Shown here: positions 9,447 through 19,022 of the stretch, in pieces | Layout: every line of letters begins with the position of its first letter | How positions within the stretch are numbered: position 1 is the first letter of the stretch | From: an uncultured cyanobacterium | GTDB taxonomy: Bacteria; Cyanobacteriota; Cyanobacteriia; Cyanobacteriales; Cyanobacteriaceae | Reading direction: 5' to 3' | Assembly (NCBI GenBank): GCA_963710605.1 | Contig: CAVQBA010000006.1 | Span: 352,001-416,000 of the forward strand | DNA: 64,000 nt | Position numbers and translations under genes: made by a program | Notes under the pieces: model-generated | What the model saw: the letters and a program-made list of their open reading frames with translations, nothing else | Databases searched by the model: none | Told to the model about the DNA's origin: nothing

Positions 9447-10280
9447 TCACGGTAGCCACGGGTAGTCACCAAAATTGGGTTCTCGTTTTTCTAAAAATGC
9501 TTGTTTTCCTTCTGCTCCTTCTTCGGTGAGATAATATAATAAAGTCGCATTTCCTGCTAACTCTTGTAATCCTGCTTGTCCGTCACAATCTGCATTAAAC
9601 GCCGATTTTAAACAACGTATAGCGATCGGGCTTTTAGCTAATATTTCTCTTGCCCATTGAATACCTTCTGCTTCTAATTGTTCTAAAGGTACAACAGTAT
9701 TAACCAAACCCATGTTTAGAGCTTGTTCGGCATTATATTGACGACATAAAAACCAAATTTCACGAGCTTTCTTTTGTCCCACAATACGAGCGAGATAACT
9801 TGCCCCAAAACCACCATCAAAACTACCTACTTTAGGTCCTGTTTGCCCAAAAATAGCATTATCTGCGGCGATCGTCAAATCACAAATTAAATGTAAAACA
9901 TGACCACCACCAATAGCGTAACCTGCCACTAAAGCAATAACAACTTTAGGAATACTACGAATTAGTTTTTGTAAATCAAGTACATTAAGACGAGGCACAC
10001 CGTCATTACCTACATAACCTCCTTTACCCCTCACACTTTGGTCTCCACCTGCACAGAATGCGTATTTTCCATCTTCAGCAGGCCCTGCACCAGTGAGCAA
10101 AATAACACCTATTTTTTGGTCTTCTCTGGCATTACAAAAAGCATCATATAACTCAGAGACGGTTTGAGGACGAAAAGCATTACGCTTATGAGGGCGATTG
10201 ATTACAATCTTGGCAATACCATTGTCTTTGAAATATAAAATATCTTCGTATTCACCCGCACTTTGCCAATTGATACTCAT
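9447..10280 (-). CDS. menB: 1,4-dihydroxy-2-naphthoyl-CoA synthase
   Basis: [42 protein letters not shown]. Confidence 0.97.
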   Translation of the reverse strand: MSINWQSAGEYEDILYFKDNGIAKIVINRPHKRNAFRPQTVSELYDAFCNAREDQKIGVILLTGAGPAEDGKYAFCAGGDQSVRGKGGYVGNDGVPRLNVLDLQKLIRSIPKVVIALVAGYAIGGGHVLHLICDLTIAADNAIFGQTGPKVGSFDGGFGASYLARIVGQKKAREIWFLCRQYNAEQALNMGLVNTVVPLEQLEAEGIQWAREILAKSPIAIRCLKSAFNADCDGQAGLQELAGNATLLYYLTEEGAEGKQAFLEKREPNFGDYPWLP

Positions 10281-10435
10281 TAATAAATATTTTTTTTATA
10301 ATATAGTTTAATAGTTGCTGTTTAGATAACCACTGCTGTGTCAGCTTGGGAATTGGAATCGAGTAAAAAGAAAAAAGTATTAATTGTTATCTTTTGACTG
10401 TTCACTCTTATCAGTTCTATGTTATCTGTTCTATG

Positions 10436-10477
10436 TTATTGTCAATTGTCAGTTGTCAATTGTCAATTATTAATTGT
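10436..10477. repeat. Heptamer short tandem repeat (TTGTCAA-type STRR); similar tracts near 11853, 23757, 23813, 34872, 43130, 44531, 60718, 62507 and 63657
   Basis: Visible 7-nt periodic tracts in intergenic DNA, typical of cyanobacteria. Confidence 0.75.
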
Positions 10478-10566
10478 ATGAATAATCACCAAAAAAGATT
10501 GACAAAATAGCTATATTAGTATCAAGGATATTTTTTTTAGTAAATAAGGAATTTAGTAAGTAACGA

Positions 10567-11343
10567 ATGAACGAATCTCTTCAACGTCTCCTCGGTAAAG
10601 TTTATCTTGTCGGTGCAGGTCCGGGTGATCCAGGATTATTGACCATCAAAGCAAAGGGAATTTTAGAGTTAGCTGATGTGGTTGTTTATGATGCTTTAGT
10701 TAGTCCAGAAATTTTAACAATGATTAACTCACAGGCTGAGAAAATAAACGCAGGTAAACGCCGTGGTCGTCATTCTTTGATGCAATCAGAAACGACTCAA
10801 TTGTTGATTGATAAAGCTCAAGATAATGCGATCGTGGTTCGTCTCAAAGGAGGAGATCCTTTTGTTTTCGGTCGAGGTGGCGAAGAGATGCTTGAGATTC
10901 AAAATGCGGGGATTAATGTGGAAGTCGTACCCGGGATAACATCGGGGATTGCCGCCCCAGCCTACGCTAATATACCCGTCACTCATCGAGCTTTTAGTTC
11001 CTCGGTTACTTTCGTTACAGGTCATGAATCGGCAGGTAAATATCGTCCTGATATTAATTGGAGTGCGATCGCACAAGGTTCAGAAACGATCGTCATTTAT
11101 ATGGGTATTCATAATCTTGAGAATATTATTCCTCGGCTTTTAGAAGCCCAGCTTAGCGAAGACACACCAATTGCTTTAGTTAGATGGGGTACGACTCCTA
11201 AACAAGAAGAATTATTTGGTACTTTAGCAACTATTCTGACTCAAATAACCGAAACCGAATTTGAAGCTCCAGCTATTGCTATTATTGGTAAAGTAGTTAA
11301 TTTTCCTCAATTGTTAACAGAGAAATCAATCGTTAATGTTTAA
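10567..11343 (+). CDS. cobA: Uroporphyrinogen-III C-methyltransferase
   Basis: VYLVGAGPGDPGLLT, VVRLKGGDPFVFGRGGEE, VVPGITS. Confidence 0.95.
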   Translation: MNESLQRLLGKVYLVGAGPGDPGLLTIKAKGILELADVVVYDALVSPEILTMINSQAEKINAGKRRGRHSLMQSETTQLLIDKAQDNAIVVRLKGGDPFVFGRGGEEMLEIQNAGINVEVVPGITSGIAAPAYANIPVTHRAFSSSVTFVTGHESAGKYRPDINWSAIAQGSETIVIYMGIHNLENIIPRLLEAQLSEDTPIALVRWGTTPKQEELFGTLATILTQITETEFEAPAIAIIGKVVNFPQLLTEKSIVNV

Positions 11344-11845
11344 TCAACCACAAAAAAAAAATAGAATAGAGCCTAAAGCAGGACAAGAATCAGTTTGGGA
11401 TTATCCTCGTCCACCACGACTAGAGGAATTTTCAGGTAGAATCGAAGTTTTTTATCAAGATCTTAAAATAGTTGATACCACGAGTAGTTATCGGGTATTA
11501 GAAACAAGTCATCCTCCCGTTTATTATTTGCCACCAGAAGATATTCAAATGCAATATTTAGTACCTGAAGAAGGCTCTTCTTTTTGTGAGTGGAAAGGTG
11601 TGGCAAAATATTATAATCTAGTAGCTAAAGATAATTTGGTATCTAAGATAGGTTGGTATTATCCTGAACCTACTGCTGAATTTATGCCAATTACTAATCA
11701 TATTGCTTTTTATGCTGGGTTGATGAGTGCTTGTTATATCAACGGTGAAGTAGTTACTCCTCAACCGGGTGGTTTTTATGGTGGTTGGATTACTGGTAAT
11801 ATTGTAGGACCATTCAAGGGCGAAGCTGGTACATGGGGATGGTAG
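11336..11845 (+). CDS. DUF427 family protein
   Basis: ESVWDYPRPP, LETSHPPVYY, SFCEWKG, FYGGWIT. Confidence 0.85.
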   Translation: MFNQPQKKNRIEPKAGQESVWDYPRPPRLEEFSGRIEVFYQDLKIVDTTSSYRVLETSHPPVYYLPPEDIQMQYLVPEEGSSFCEWKGVAKYYNLVAKDNLVSKIGWYYPEPTAEFMPITNHIAFYAGLMSACYINGEVVTPQPGGFYGGWITGNIVGPFKGEAGTWGW

Positions 11846-12008
11846 TTTGATGAATCGAGAATGGAGAATGGAGAATTGAGAATTAAAGATTGAATAAATC
11901 GCCTTGCAATGAATTGCGAAGGCTAATAGATGACGTTTATTAAAATAAACTAACTATTTGAAATTGAATTGAATTTAAGTCCCTCTACAAAATTGTTTGT
12001 GTATTTAC

Positions 12009-12040
12009 TTGTAGGGGTGCAAGGTTTGCACCCTTGATTC
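12009..12040 (+). repeat. GTAG-type REP hairpin (GTAGGGGTGCAAGGTTTGCACCC), empty form
   Basis: GTAG plus GGGTGCAA/TTGCACCC stem; related copies at 15892-15985, 26075-26147 and 32713-32733. Confidence 0.7.
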
Positions 12041-12109
12041 TTAAATAAATTTTTGAAGTTTTGGAGAGTATTTATGTTTTAAAATAACGATCGCTTTAGA
12101 GTCTCTATT

Positions 12110-12826
12110 TTACGGTATGCCCCAAATTCTGATAGTCTTATCTACACTATAACTGGCAATAAATTCTCGGTTGCTACTCATAGCTAAATAACCAATTGGT
12201 GCTATATGCCCTTTCAATGTAACCAATTCTAGTTCTCGATCTAAATCGTAAACTACAATATCATGACGATCGTTACAATAAATAAAAATTCTGCCATCAG
12301 CAGTTAGTAATGTCGGCGAAACATAAGGAAAAAATTTAATAATGGTATCAGTTTGTAATTCCCAAACACAGACTTTATCTTCTCTAATACCACTAGCGAT
12401 AATTTTTCCGTGAGAGTTAGCTAAAGTATGTACTGCTAACAGAGGAAGATTATCAGTTTCTTGTATTAACTTTCCTGTTTCTATTTTCCAAAGTTGAAGC
12501 AGACAATAGTGATTTCTGATGCTATCTTTTTGATAACGAACAAGTAAAAATTTTGCTTCAGGAGAGAATGTAAAAGGTGATATACAATTACAATTAATTA
12601 AGGAATCTTGCTCATTTAAAGAATTGTTCCGTTTTCGGTTTGAAGTTAACCTCATATTGTCAAAATGATATTCTAAACAACAAATATTTTTTTTATAGTT
12701 CCAAATTTCAAATACTTCCTTTTGTCTATAATCAGTACTTCCAAAAGCAACTAAAGATTTATTTCGATCGTATACTTTAAAACAACGAAATAGAGGATCG
12801 GCAACACATTCTATGTCACAATAATT
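12110..12826 (-). CDS. 3' exon of an intron-split HEAT/WD40-repeat gene
   Basis: LKGHIAPIGYLAMSSNREFIASYSVDKTIRIW WD40 repeat; the frame starts exactly at the intron 3' end (AAT TAT TGT). Confidence 0.8.
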   Translation of the reverse strand, partial: NYCDIECVADPLFRCFKVYDRNKSLVAFGSTDYRQKEVFEIWNYKKNICCLEYHFDNMRLTSNRKRNNSLNEQDSLINCNCISPFTFSPEAKFLLVRYQKDSIRNHYCLLQLWKIETGKLIQETDNLPLLAVHTLANSHGKIIASGIREDKVCVWELQTDTIIKFFPYVSPTLLTADGRIFIYCNDRHDIVVYDLDRELELVTLKGHIAPIGYLAMSSNREFIASYSVDKTIRIWGIP

Positions 12827-15317
12827 ATTAGGGGTCGAAAAGGATGTCACCACCCTTAACTCCCATTCAAAACTGCACATGAAAGTTTCCTTTCATACAG
12901 CTCCTAGTTTATCTAATTCTTGTCATGAATACGGTTGCTAAGACTACCGTCTAGGGCAGTCTTATAGTCGTGACAGTGCCTATGTAACAATTGGAAGTTC
13001 TTATATATGTCCTTACCGCCTTGGCTTTTGGGGACGATGTGGTCAACTTCCATTTGATTTTCTATAGAAAAGTATTGACCACAATATGAACATTTACCTT
13101 TTTGTGTTTTTAGCAACTTTGCTACTCGTGTCGGAATTTCTAATGACTTTCCTTTTCTTGTACTCCAATATACCCATTCACCGTCATAAGGTGATTTGTC
13201 TGGTTTAATAAGTGTGTGGCGTTTAATGGCGGTTTCAGCATGATAGTTGAGTGTAAACCCTTCTTTAGTCTGAAACGTCCAAGCCCCATATTTTCCATGG
13301 CTGAAGTAGTTACTTAGCTTTTTATAATTCGCTTTACCAGTTCTCGAAACTGTCCATGCCCGAAGTTGTAACCATAGTAAATAATCCTCTGATGAGAAGG
13401 TTTCCTTTGATGCTACTCCACTGTAATAATTGCACCATCCACGTATAATTGGGTTCAGGTGTTTTATTACGGATTCTTGTGGAGCAGTTTTATGGGTTTT
13501 AATTACCTGTTTAATTGCTTCATGGTGGGCTTTAATAGCTTTCTTCGACGGTTTTATTAAGGTTTTGAACCCAAGTAATCTTGAATTTTTTCCACCTGTT
13601 TTTCCTGAATGGTGTTTCCCCGAAGGATATGACCTTATGTTAAACCCCAGAAAATCAAAACCTGCATTATCTCCTTCGAGTGTATGACAAATTCTAGTCT
13701 TTTCAGGTTTAAGTTCAAGTCCAACTGGTTTTAGCCATTCTTGAATAGCTATTTTGCATTGTTGAATGACTTCTAAGTCTTTATGTAAGACTACGAAATC
13801 ATCGGCATATCTAATTATGACAGGTGTTCTTAGTGCGTTTTTCCCTTGTTTACTTGGAAATTTTGCATTGATGTCCCTTATCATTCCATCTAATGCGATG
13901 TTGGCTAACAGGGGTGATATGACACCGCCTTGTGGCGTTCCTGCGTCCATTTTTTCAAATATACCTTTATCCATTACTCCAGCGTTTAACCATTGTTTGA
14001 TTTCACGTCTTATAGATGTTGGACTATCAATTTTGGACAATAGGTGTTCATGGTTAATCTCATCGAAACACTTGGATATATCCGCATCTAGAACCCATCT
14101 GGGAGCTTTGTTGATAGTTGAATATATTCGTGTTATAGCATCATGAGCAGAACGTGCAGGTCTAAAGCCGTAACTTGTACCCTCGAACTGTGCTTCCCAG
14201 TATGGCTCTAGCACGAGCTTAACCAAGGCTTGTTTCGCTCTGTCTCGTATGGTCGGTATTCCTAACGGGCGTTTTTCGTCACGATTAGGTTTAGGTATCC
14301 ATACTCGACGTAACGGTTTAGATTTGTGGTATTGACTCATTTCCTCTACAAGTTTGAATCTTCGCTTGGGAGTTAGCGATTTTACGCCATCTACCCCTGC
14401 GGTTTTCTTACCTGCGTTATCTTGGGTTACCTTTCTTACCGCTAAGAGCTTCGCATAATATGACTTTTTAAGTATTTTCTGGAGGTCACGAGCTTTCGCT
14501 TTTTGTCCCGATTTGACCGCTTGATAAATTCTTTTTTGTAACTTAAATACTACCCTTTGGACTTTTGCCCAAGGGATTGTATTCCATTCTGCACACGTAG
14601 TCTTTATACTCGTTTCTGACATTTTAATTACTAATTAAGACTTTATTATTTAGATAAAACCGATGTACGTCTGCATATCCACTATTATTACAATAGGGCA
14701 TTGGCTTCTTACATCATCTCATCCCCAAATAGGTGTGTGCCTCAAGTTTGTGACTACTATAGCTATAGAGACTATAGAACCAGTTTGGGGTTACTTCGTT
14801 CCGTTTAATTGGGTATTTTCATCTTTAGACTCTATCTATCCCCCAAGGTACTTTTAGGTGTCTATGTGAATGAGACAGAAAAATCTTCACTTTTCCCTTT
14901 ATCCGTTTTGGACGTGGTGTATCAATTTCATTTCACCACTTCAAACTAATGAGGGTTCAGGACAATAGTTCGCACTAAGGCTAGTCATGGATGATTGGCT
15001 TGGGTTTGCTGTTGAAGATGAAATTTCTTCTTAATCCCCTTTTAACCCCGCTTCAACCTTTTGATAACTAGTCTCAGATTGGGGGTTATGCCGTAATTCT
15101 TTAAGGAATGGATTCATGTAACATCTCGTAAAAAAAATTTTTTTTTATTAATTTCTTGTCACATTTGTCTAGTTTTCCTTATTGACTCCGAATTGACCTC
15201 CTTTAGGTCACAATTAAACAGTTATAAGAGTGTTAGGTTTTTTTGGAAACCTTACAATTCTTACTAGGTGTACACTTTAGGGTTTAGCCTTATGTTTTTC
15301 ACCTAAACGACTCGCAC
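12827..15317 (-). mobile_element. Group II intron (IIB / chloroplast-like type), 2491 nt
   Basis: 5' GTGCG at 15317-15313; domain V GAGCTGTATGAAAGGAAACTTTCATGTGCAGTTT right after the ORF; domain VI ends CGACCCCTAAT at 12827. Confidence 0.92.
12913..14622 (-). CDS. ltrA: Group II intron reverse transcriptase/maturase with HNH endonuclease
   Basis: RPLGIPTIRDRA, GTPQGGVISPLLANI, YADD, X domain LNPIIRGWCNYY, C-terminal CxxC...DHIVPKSQGG...LLHRHCHD. Confidence 0.96.
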   Translation of the reverse strand: MSETSIKTTCAEWNTIPWAKVQRVVFKLQKRIYQAVKSGQKAKARDLQKILKKSYYAKLLAVRKVTQDNAGKKTAGVDGVKSLTPKRRFKLVEEMSQYHKSKPLRRVWIPKPNRDEKRPLGIPTIRDRAKQALVKLVLEPYWEAQFEGTSYGFRPARSAHDAITRIYSTINKAPRWVLDADISKCFDEINHEHLLSKIDSPTSIRREIKQWLNAGVMDKGIFEKMDAGTPQGGVISPLLANIALDGMIRDINAKFPSKQGKNALRTPVIIRYADDFVVLHKDLEVIQQCKIAIQEWLKPVGLELKPEKTRICHTLEGDNAGFDFLGFNIRSYPSGKHHSGKTGGKNSRLLGFKTLIKPSKKAIKAHHEAIKQVIKTHKTAPQESVIKHLNPIIRGWCNYYSGVASKETFSSEDYLLWLQLRAWTVSRTGKANYKKLSNYFSHGKYGAWTFQTKEGFTLNYHAETAIKRHTLIKPDKSPYDGEWVYWSTRKGKSLEIPTRVAKLLKTQKGKCSYCGQYFSIENQMEVDHIVPKSQGGKDIYKNFQLLHRHCHDYKTALDGSLSNRIHDKN

Positions 15318-15854
15318 TTCGATGTATTTGTTGGTTTCCATGTCTAATGCCAAAAAAATATGTTGAAAACTAGAGATGGCAATTTTACCTTGTTTTCCTA
15401 AGCCAAATTCGTGATTGACAATATTAATGTTCTTAATTTTTTGTCCTGTTGACAGTTTTCTCAAATTAACAAGCGACTGTTTATAGGCATAATCCCACCA
15501 ACAGACTAAACTATTGTTATAATCAGCGATCGCAAAATAATCAGGAACGGTATTATTAAAGTTATGCTCATCAAACTCAAAATCATCAATAACATGAAGA
15601 CACTGCATTCGTAAGAAAGGAAGATGATTGTAGATTACTTGTCTTGTAATTTCATTATCTATCTCGTCTAATAATGTATAAGCTGATTCTCTGACTTCTC
15701 TTTCTGTATCATTTAACATTGAAGCGATCAATTTTATGCCTTCTTCTCCAAATTCAGTAGCATCTAAAAGAGCATCTATTTTTTCTGTAATTAAATTACC
15801 TTGTAAACGCTTTTTGATATTATTAATTACTTGTTTATTTTCATCAGAAGTCAT
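15318..15854 (-). CDS. 5' exon of the intron-split HEAT/WD40 gene
   Basis: HEAT-like ALLDATEFGEEGIKLIASMLNDTEREVRESAY; 179 codons ending ...KYIE directly before GTGCG. Confidence 0.8.
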
Positions 15855-15891
15855 GTTTGATTTGGCTTAATGGATAATTTGCCTTGTTAGT

Positions 15892-15985
15892 GGGTGCAAA
15901 CCGTCTTGGTGGACGTTCGGTGTCTTGGTCAGCCTTCCCTTGCGTCTTACGCTCCTGAGCGGGCTTCCACCGCTTGCACCCCTAC
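15892..15985 (-). repeat. REP hairpin with a 71-nt nested insertion
   Basis: GGGTGCAAACC[71 nt]TTGCACCCCTAC; compare the empty copy at 12009-12040. Confidence 0.75.
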
Positions 15986-16197
15986 GATGTATTTATTCTA
16001 ATCTGTGTAAATGTTAATTTTCTTGAAAAATTATTTTTATAATGGTAATGTAAATTATTGAGCGAAAAGACGATCGACACTCTACCGACGTTTTAGTGAT
16101 AGGTTATCTCTAAGTCATTAATCAATTTGTTGTAGTTAATAATGGATTAAAGCTATCACCCATCCTACAAGATGACGATCGTTAACTGTTCTCTGTA

Positions 16198-16443
16198 TCA
16201 AGGAAAAAAGCGATATATTTCTTTTCTGTGTAATACCCTAGAAAAGATAATTTTATCTTCTTGGTAGAAAAAACCAATCCGATAATCTCCAACTCTCAAA
16301 CGATAAGCGTTTTTATCTCCTTTTATTTTTTTAATCTTCTTAATTTCTGTAAATCGATCGTAATTAGGAATTTTGACTGTGAACGGAAGTATTTTTCAGT
16401 TTTTTAAGTCCTTAATAAAGGTCGGTAAATATTCAGTTTTCAT
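16198..16443 (-). pseudogene. RelE-family toxin pseudogene
   Basis: MKTEYLPTFIKDLKN* then ...KGDKNAYRLRVGDYRIG...RVLHRKEIYRFFP; premature stop at codon 16. Confidence 0.8.
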
Positions 16444-16643
16444 TCTTGTTCTAATTCTTCTAAAGCTGATTCTAAACTTAAAGGAGTTTCATTTTGAGTT
16501 ACTAACATTGCTTGATATAATCCTTCATCTTCTAAAATTTCTAAAAGATTTTTATAGTCGTGATAGTTTAAAATTACTTGGCGAATATTACCTTCAGTAT
16601 CAGTAATTAGTTCTTGAGCAAATGGATAATTTTTAAAAGTCAT
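16440..16643 (-). CDS. Putative antitoxin
   Basis: ITDTEGNIRQVILNYHDYKNLLEILEDEGL; ATGA overlap with the toxin remnant. Confidence 0.75.
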   Translation of the reverse strand: MTFKNYPFAQELITDTEGNIRQVILNYHDYKNLLEILEDEGLYQAMLVTQNETPLSLESALEELEQE

Positions 16644-16690
16644 AAATTAACTTCTTTGTAGTTAAGTTTTTTACTGTTTACTATTATAAA

Positions 16691-16814
16691 TATAGCGTTT
16701 AGGAACTTATAAGTACGTTAATTGTCTAGTTTTTAGCGCTGAGCTTTAAGCTTGCTTGCCATTCGTGCAATTCGTGCTAAATAATATGTATTTATAAATT
16801 CATGAACAGCTATA
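16691..16814. mobile_element. Putative IS630-type MITE
   Basis: Imperfect ~26-bp terminal IRs (TATAGCGTTTAGGAACTTATAAGTAC versus revcomp TATAGCTGTTCATGAATTTATAAATAC), TA at both ends. Confidence 0.5.
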
Positions 16815-17204
16815 GCTATATAAGCGTAAATATATTTTCTAAAAAGGCTATATTTGTTATTTGTTTACTATTAAAAGCAATTAATTGTTTTTCACAATAT
16901 CTTTATAAATAACGATCGTTCCAAAGTCTTTCTGGTGGCTTATTTAACTGCCAATCAACATAATTTTGTGGTATTTCTCGTAAGTCGATAATATGTTCTG
17001 CTTTAAAAGGTATTTGAGCACCAAAGACTAAATACACATCCTCTGATGGCTCTATACTGATAGGTTGGTTATCTAATATCCCAATATATACATCGCCTAT
17101 TTTTTCATAAACGATCGTCCACATACGCTCTACTTGATAAGAAATATTACCATCTTCGTCTTCACCTTCAATTTCAAAAATAAGTTTTGCACCATCACCA
17201 CGTT

Positions 17205-18702
17205 GTGACATCCTCCCAACACCGAATCAAAGATTACGGTGTGGGCTTCCACTGTCGCCAATGGAATCTTGCTCTCCTAGCCTGAACGATGCCAGGTTAC
17301 GCCACTTATCTACAACAAAGTTGCCCGACAGTACGACTTGAGAGCCAATTTCTTGCTTTTCGGGAGTCCCCCGATACGTGAGTACCTGTCGCCCGAAGTA
17401 AATTCGGGCGTTTATAAGGTACGTTTCTTGTCCTCTGTTACAGATTTCTTGACCAGAGGCAATATCTCTATCGACAACATAACCACACTCTTTGCAGTCA
17501 CTTACTCGAACGCTTAAATCTTTCTTGACTACAGCACGACAATTGGGGCAAGTTTGAGATGTTCCTCTGTGGTCTATTCTGCCTACAAACACATCTCTTT
17601 TTTTAGCTACATACTCTAAAATATCTCTTAGCTTGCCAAAGCTAGCATCAATTGTATGCTTGCCCAACATTCCTTTAGCCATGATCCGAAAGTCACAATC
17701 CTCAACATAGATTGTATCTGCCATGTCACAGAGTTTATGAGCAAGTTTGAACTGGTAGTCAGTACGCTTGAACGCTATGTGGTTATGTTGCTTGGCTACA
17801 CGGGTTCGAGCTTTCTCATAGTTAGCACCTCGTTTCATCTTTCTTGACAGACGCTTTTGTAGCACTTTCAGCCGACTGTGGGCTGTCTTGAAAAATAATG
17901 GTCTTTTTTCTGTGAAGCGGTCAGATGTTGCCACGTATGACAACAAACCGACATCAACACCGATTGCATGACCATGAGGAACTGGACTAGGAATAACAAG
18001 ATCCGTAGAAATCGCTACCACTGCAAACCAACCCACTGCTTTTTTAACTACCCGTACTTGCTTGATTACAAATCCTTCTGGGATTGGTCGGTGCAGGTTT
18101 ATTTGTACCTTACCTATCTTGGGGATGCGTAGCTGCCAATCAGTCAGAGGGTCACTTTTGAACTGAGGAAACAGCATTGATTTTATCTGTCCAAACTTCT
18201 TGAACCGAGGGAAACCAAAACCTCTTTTTCTAAATGAATCCCAACTATCGTGCAACCTTTTTACGTTAGTTTGCAGTACTTGGGACTGAACAGCTTTGAG
18301 TCGTGGGAACTTCTTCTTAGCTTTGGGCAGATTGTTTTGCTGTTGGTGATAGCTAGGAAACGGATAATCCGCAGCCATTATATATTCTGATTTCAAACTG
18401 CACCGATCGATCTGACATTTGCGTGAAGCTATCCAGTCTTTCAGTTCTCGCAGCGCATAGTTATAGCTGACACGACAAGTCTCTAACCACTCATTGAGTA
18501 GCTCAATTTGTTGCGCGTCTGGGTATATGCGGTAGCGATAGTTTAGAATCATTCATACATTCTACTATAAAATACGAAGAGTGATAGATTGTATATCGGC
18601 AAGGCATCGAGCCTTTTGAGATACTTGAGGGGTGCGTGTATCCCAACGCTCAATCAAAGATTAGAGCGCGGGACTTACAGCCCCTCAAACTCCCCAGAAA
18701 GG
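17205..18702 (-). mobile_element. IS200/IS605-family (IS1341-like, tnpB-only) element, 1498 bp
   Basis: Subterminal hairpins at both ends share the core TAATCTTTGATT; left junction follows TTTAA; right end TCAC; no TSD; no tnpA. Confidence 0.88.
17227..18552 (-). CDS. tnpB: RNA-guided endonuclease TnpB
   Basis: YRYRIYP N-terminus; RuvC D (GVDVG), E (YVED), D (DRD); CPNC/CKEC zinc ribbon. Confidence 0.95.
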   Translation of the reverse strand: MILNYRYRIYPDAQQIELLNEWLETCRVSYNYALRELKDWIASRKCQIDRCSLKSEYIMAADYPFPSYHQQQNNLPKAKKKFPRLKAVQSQVLQTNVKRLHDSWDSFRKRGFGFPRFKKFGQIKSMLFPQFKSDPLTDWQLRIPKIGKVQINLHRPIPEGFVIKQVRVVKKAVGWFAVVAISTDLVIPSPVPHGHAIGVDVGLLSYVATSDRFTEKRPLFFKTAHSRLKVLQKRLSRKMKRGANYEKARTRVAKQHNHIAFKRTDYQFKLAHKLCDMADTIYVEDCDFRIMAKGMLGKHTIDASFGKLRDILEYVAKKRDVFVGRIDHRGTSQTCPNCRAVVKKDLSVRVSDCKECGYVVDRDIASGQEICNRGQETYLINARIYFGRQVLTYRGTPEKQEIGSQVVLSGNFVVDKWRNLASFRLGEQDSIGDSGSPHRNL

Positions 18703-19022
18703 TTAAATTATTTCTTTCGCTTTTTGAAGGTATCCAAAAGTTTGGGTTTTCCTGATGAAGTTTTTCTCCAGATTTTAATTGCCAGAATACTTCGTCGAAT
18801 GTTGCTAATTTCATATTTTATCGGTTTAAAAGTGTCGATTGAGTTCAATTCATTGAACGTCGTTTGATTAGCCTTGTAATTTATTGCAAGGTTTAGGTTT
18901 AAAGTTAATTGTGTCAGTTTCTTAATTTTAAATGATTCCTCATCTTTGATACGACAAAACATAAGTCAAATCAGTTATCATGACAAAAAAGAAGAGATGT
19001 TTAATTAAGACACATAATCCGC

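Larger units (their letters stand above)
16903..18814 (-). pseudogene. Hypothetical (DUF2314-like) gene interrupted by an IS200/IS605 element; parts 18814-18703 and 17204-16903
   Basis: Joining the parts gives an open 137-aa ORF: MKLATFDEVFWQLKSGE...FWIPSKSERNNL|KRGDGAKLIF...ERMW...GILDNQP. Confidence 0.8.

Noticed and set aside
12827..12880. N-terminus MCSFEWELRVV of the listed ORF 12110-12880
   Set aside because: This is intron domain V/VI sequence, not coding; the true exon starts at 12826
12913..14622. RT as a DGR, retron or defence RT
   Set aside because: Has an X domain, HNH, GTGCG 5' end and domains V/VI of a group II intron; no TR/VR pair seen
18589..18962. ORFs 18589-18867 and 18708-18962
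   Set aside because: They overlap the IS left end and the true 5' part of the split gene, which is in another frame
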